Source of the DNA: a virus
Reading direction: 5' to 3' (one strand)
Length of the DNA stretch: 64,000 nt
IMG/VR virus record: IMGVR_UViG_3300025425_000010
Coordinates: 1-64,000 of that record
Part shown: one piece after another, positions 60,363 to 64,000 of the stretch
Numbering within the stretch: the stretch's first letter is position 1
Layout of the letters: the number at the start of each line of letters is the position of its first letter
Made by a program: the position numbers and the translations under genes
Notes under the pieces: generated by a model
What the model was told of the DNA's origin: nothing
What the model saw: the letters and a program-made list of their open reading frames with translations, nothing else
The model's database searches: none

Positions 60363-60854
60363 ATGAGTTATAATGTAGTGACAAATACTAAGGTAATGAG
60401 AGACTTCAAAAAGAGTCCAAATTTCAGAACCAATCTTGGTCTTGTAAATACTGTTGAGAAAAATGGTGATCGGGTTTATAATGAACGAGATAAATTCTCT
60501 TATTTCTACAATACTAGATATTCGACAACTACATTCGGTCAGGGTAATGTTGGTGATATAATGTTTTATGTTGACCATTATATCAAAAAGGATCAAATCG
60601 CCATTTATAAAAACTCAGAAGAATTCATATTTGATTACAATCCTGTGATTGTTATGGAAAAGGGTATTAATTTTTATTTAGGACATCTATTGAAAGAGAT
60701 AGAAACTAAATTAGATAAGAAATCAATTAAGGATGAGGAAGAAAGGTTGGAAAAACTTAAAGATAAAACTGACGCTGGTAAATTGACTATGAATCCGGGC
60801 CAAGTCAAGTATGCTGACTTAGAAGCATATATAAAAGAGAAAAGAAATTTATAA
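60363..60854 (+). CDS. Hypothetical protein
   Basis: ORF with ATATATAT upstream. Confidence 0.7.
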   Translation: MSYNVVTNTKVMRDFKKSPNFRTNLGLVNTVEKNGDRVYNERDKFSYFYNTRYSTTTFGQGNVGDIMFYVDHYIKKDQIAIYKNSEEFIFDYNPVIVMEKGINFYLGHLLKEIETKLDKKSIKDEEERLEKLKDKTDAGKLTMNPGQVKYADLEAYIKEKRNL

Positions 60855-60890
60855 GTAGTATTCTACTCGGTTACCTTAAAAGGTTCCATT

Positions 60891-61142
60891 TCATATAACT
60901 AACATTCTTAGTAGGTGGTTGTGTAATTCTTCTTTAACATCGTCTTCCAGGGAATCTAAATCATACTCTATATTTAGAGTTCTTTCGAAGGTATGTAAGT
61001 ATACCTCATCAACATCTCTATCCCACTCAATTGAATCAAATCTATATTCTCCTATTTGTACCTCAATGACAACTTCATCGAAAGTTATTCCTAACATAAG
61101 GACGAGAGCTTTTATTTTGGTTTTTAAGTTAGTTTTTTCCAT
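60891..61142 (-). CDS. Small hypothetical protein
   Basis: ORF. Confidence 0.6.
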   Translation of the reverse strand: MEKTNLKTKIKALVLMLGITFDEVVIEVQIGEYRFDSIEWDRDVDEVYLHTFERTLNIEYDLDSLEDDVKEELHNHLLRMLVI

Positions 61143-61260
61143 AATTAAGATAAAGTCCTTATATTTGTATATATTATATAAATGAAGTCAAATTTAAACA
61201 TATCTAATCATACGTATAACTTTTACTTTATAGAAATTGTATGTACTAAATAACCAATAA

Positions 61261-62184
61261 TTAAACGGCACCAATACCACCACATTTCATTCTATTCAAT
61301 TTGTCCCATCCATTTGAGATGTAAGATTCAAGTATTTTACCTTCTAGTATAGAGGCATCATGAACATCTATATAATTTGTTAGTTTTTTGAAGGTGGGTA
61401 ATTTACCAATTTTCTCAATATGTTTATAGACAGCACTTTTTTTAATATTTTTTGAGTGAGTGTGTTCTTTTATACGCATTTCATAATTATATGTTAATCC
61501 GATATAAACATAATTATCATCAAATTCCGCGGAATATATACACCTTAGATGTCTATTACCTCTTTTTATCATATGTGAGCATATATCATCTATCCAATTA
61601 TTTTTAACACTACACCTAAATATACTACCAGAATTATCTCTAAACTCAGTTCGGTTTTTGTATCTCAAAGCTTCTTCTACACATACTTCCTTTGTGTAAT
61701 TATAATATCTACTTGGTAAGTAATTCAGAAAATCCCAATTATTTTTGATACTCACCGCATATGCTGTTGGAGAACTATTTTTAAAATCTATCCTTTTCAC
61801 ATACTTCTCAGCTTCCTCTTTACATTTTTCATATGTCCAATATCCAAGATGTTTCGTATGTCGTCTATTCATATGAGATGTTAATTCAGTATACCAACCA
61901 TGTTTTTTAGAAGCATTATGTGCTGAAATGGAATCATTTCTGAAACTTACTAAATTCGAATATTTAGAAGCCTCCTCTTTACATTTTTCATATGTCCAGT
62001 ACCCATAACTTTTAATATTATTGGAATTAATTATCATATGTGAGCAGATTTCGGAGAACCAATTATTATTCCGAGAACTATTGTATGCTCCTTTACCTAG
62101 TTTCTGAAACTCTGTTTTACTTTTATATTTCAAAGCTTCTTCTTTACATTTTTCATGTGTCCAGTACCCTTTACATTTCCTCAT
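61261..62184 (-). CDS. GIY-YIG homing endonuclease with N-terminal YWTxEKCxEEA repeats
   Basis: Four ~50-aa repeats, then CIY...VYIGLT....R..EH...E...LN. Start MRKCKG follows AATATATA. Confidence 0.85.
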   Translation of the reverse strand: MRKCKGYWTHEKCKEEALKYKSKTEFQKLGKGAYNSSRNNNWFSEICSHMIINSNNIKSYGYWTYEKCKEEASKYSNLVSFRNDSISAHNASKKHGWYTELTSHMNRRHTKHLGYWTYEKCKEEAEKYVKRIDFKNSSPTAYAVSIKNNWDFLNYLPSRYYNYTKEVCVEEALRYKNRTEFRDNSGSIFRCSVKNNWIDDICSHMIKRGNRHLRCIYSAEFDDNYVYIGLTYNYEMRIKEHTHSKNIKKSAVYKHIEKIGKLPTFKKLTNYIDVHDASILEGKILESYISNGWDKLNRMKCGGIGAV

Positions 62185-62283
62185 ATGATATATATTGAAT
62201 TTCAAATACATATTTTTGATAAGTGTTATTAATAACCCATCTTCTTTATATTTTAAAAAATTTGGTATTGTGTGTGAAATACA

Positions 62284-62291
62284 TATCTTTG
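62284..62291 (+). promoter_or_regulatory. Bacteroidota-type promoter (TTTG...TATCTTTG) giving a near-leaderless transcript
   Basis: Box ends 4 nt before the RNA ligase ATG; upstream TTTG at 62261. Confidence 0.7.
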
Positions 62292-62295
62292 TAGT

Positions 62296-63444
62296 ATGTT
62301 TAGATTGAGAATTCCTACATATGATGATGCTAAAAATATAGTCAGTGAAAAGGGTAATACTATTTTTTACGAAATTAAACACAAGATAAATGGTGTTAAT
62401 TTATCAGTATTTAATTATAGATATCCATCATACACTGATTTTTTAGATAATGATGTGGATTTCCGAGAAATGAGGGGGCTTACCTTTGTTTTTAATGATG
62501 ATGGGTCGTATAAAAGGTACGTATTGTTGAAAAAGTTCTGGAACATAAATCAAGTCCCGGAGTCAATGTATGATATGGTTAAGGATTATAAACTACTATC
62601 ATCATATAATAAAGAGGATGGTTCTGTTATATCTTTTATAAAAATAAATGAGGAGATTATACCAAAGTCAAAAATGGGATTTGATAATGATCAAGTAATA
62701 AAATCAGGTATTGTGTATAATTCGAATAGAAATATCAAACAATTTGTGGAATATTGCTTCGATAATGATATTGTATCTATCTGGGAATATGTTTCGTTTA
62801 AAAATAAAATAGTACTTGATTATGATAAAGATAACTTGATATTATTGAGATTGAGGGATAATAAAACCGGTGATTATATAGATATAGAGGAATATCGAAA
62901 TATGGGGTTTGATGTCGCTGAACAAGACAATATCACTATTGAAGATGCTATGTTAACATTTCCAAACATTGTTGATAAAGAGGGTACAGTTTTTACTTTA
63001 CAATCTCCTAATGGTGAAAAGGTAATGGTGAAGAAGAAAACTGATTGGTATTTACTAAGGCATAATTTATTAACAAATGATATTAACAAAGAGAACTATG
63101 TTATACACTCTATTTTAGACAACACCATTGATGATATAATATCTCAGTTAGAAACAACCGATATTACTAAAAGAGAATTTATAGAAGATATACAAAATAT
63201 TGTTAATTTCAAAATATCTATGACGGTGCGTGAAGTGAAAGAATTTCTCAAAAAATACGAGGGTGATAAGAAGTCGTTTTCCTTAGAATATGGAAAGCAT
63301 CCATTATTTCACTTTGCTATTGGTTATGTTAATGGTATCGACCTTTTTGAGATGGTAACACTTTTCTTTTCTAAGAAGACAAGTAAATTACACAATGCTC
63401 AGAAATGGTTAGAAAAATCAAGAGATGAATATGAGAAAAGCTAA
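62296..63444 (+). CDS. RNA ligase 1 (T4 RnlA-like)
   Basis: FNY, EMRGLTF, KFWNIN, KEDGS (motif I), WEY, EG.V, KKK..WY. Confidence 0.88.
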   Translation: MFRLRIPTYDDAKNIVSEKGNTIFYEIKHKINGVNLSVFNYRYPSYTDFLDNDVDFREMRGLTFVFNDDGSYKRYVLLKKFWNINQVPESMYDMVKDYKLLSSYNKEDGSVISFIKINEEIIPKSKMGFDNDQVIKSGIVYNSNRNIKQFVEYCFDNDIVSIWEYVSFKNKIVLDYDKDNLILLRLRDNKTGDYIDIEEYRNMGFDVAEQDNITIEDAMLTFPNIVDKEGTVFTLQSPNGEKVMVKKKTDWYLLRHNLLTNDINKENYVIHSILDNTIDDIISQLETTDITKREFIEDIQNIVNFKISMTVREVKEFLKKYEGDKKSFSLEYGKHPLFHFAIGYVNGIDLFEMVTLFFSKKTSKLHNAQKWLEKSRDEYEKS

Positions 63445-63778
63445 TTTCAATTTGATAACTTCCGAAACCTGTAAAGATTGTAGGAATTTCATTTGGTATA
63501 AATCCAATCGGGATTTCAATGTACCATATAATCATTTTGAGGAAGGTAGAATTAACAGTGGGATAGTTGAAATAGTTTGTGGTGATGTGTTTGGTATGGC
63601 TCAAATGGATTTCCAAATATACTCATCTGTTGTGGAATGTTCAGAAGTGATGTTATTCAATGATAAGTTATCACCTGTATTTTTATCGAGGGATCTTCTT
63701 GAATTAAATAGTAGTCATTTTACAGATATTACTAAAGTGTATCTACGTAACCATAAGTTAGACCAGTTGTTGAGGTAA
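63425..63778 (+). CDS. Hypothetical protein with C-terminal motif
   Basis: Ends LRNHKLDQLLR. Confidence 0.7.
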   Translation: MNMRKANFNLITSETCKDCRNFIWYKSNRDFNVPYNHFEEGRINSGIVEIVCGDVFGMAQMDFQIYSSVVECSEVMLFNDKLSPVFLSRDLLELNSSHFTDITKVYLRNHKLDQLLR

Positions 63779-63806
63779 TCCGTAGTGTCCTATTAATATA
63801 TAGGAT

Positions 63807-64000
63807 ATGTACTTAGTTAAATATGATGAATTTTTATTAGAAACCTATCAGAATGAATTTAATATGATAAATGAATCTAAAATTGACTTACGTAGTAAAT
63901 TTATTAAGCTATTGAAATTATCTTTGTCTAAGAGTTATAAATATCGTAGGAAAATACTTGTGTATGGTGTTGCCTCTCTCATTGCTGTTTCCGGTGTTTC
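63807..64000 (+). CDS. Partial ORF with N-terminal tag (runs off the window)
   Basis: MYLVKYDEFLLE after TAATATATAG; open to the window end. Confidence 0.65.
   Translation, partial: MYLVKYDEFLLETYQNEFNMINESKIDLRSKFIKLLKLSLSKSYKYRRKILVYGVASLIAVSGV

Noticed and set aside
277-63616. Many antisense ORFs in the track (e.g. 277-621, 13029-13412, 27482-27841, 51661-52098, 60036-60596)
   Set aside because: They are shadow frames of well-supported genes on the opposite strand, with Ser/Ile/Phe-rich composition and no motifs.
1-64000. Alternative genetic code (stop-codon reassignment)
   Set aside because: Long conserved genes are intact in code 11, and TAA, TAG and TGA all terminate recognisable genes.

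Overview
This is a strongly AT-rich, gene-dense 64-kb fragment of a large (jumbo-type) tailed dsDNA phage read in the standard code. It carries T4-superfamily-like genes: type II topoisomerase A and B, an RNase H/5'-3' exonuclease, RNA ligase 1, a Dam methylase and a degenerate terminase-like ATPase. It also carries host-like genes (clpP, nusG, FKBP PPIase, rhomboid, CCA-adding enzyme, a MoxR/VWA pair). Repeated TAnnTTTG promoter boxes point to a Bacteroidota host (inference). A second motif, AATATATA just before start codons, looks like the phage late promoter. Selfish elements are abundant: about 8 free-standing homing-endonuclease-type genes (five are paralogous KYG-repeat/PD-(D/E)xK/Mom-like fusions), a mini-intein, a truncated TnpB and five IS200/IS605-derived MITEs. 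Main candidates for novelty: (1) two mutually exclusive protein tags, a C-terminal RxxK(L/I)xx(L/I)(L/I) helix on about 20 unrelated proteins and an N-terminal K-x-F/Y-x-E capsid-targeting-like tag on about 18; (2) a tandem array of tagged 21-aa LRR proteins with shuffled, hypervariable modules; (3) a promoter-driven, highly structured ~175-nt ncRNA candidate at 1591-1769; (4) a CCA-adding enzyme split into two ORFs by a homing endonuclease with no room for an intron. No tRNA, rRNA or CRISPR array was recognised. All family assignments come from motif recognition by eye, not database searches.
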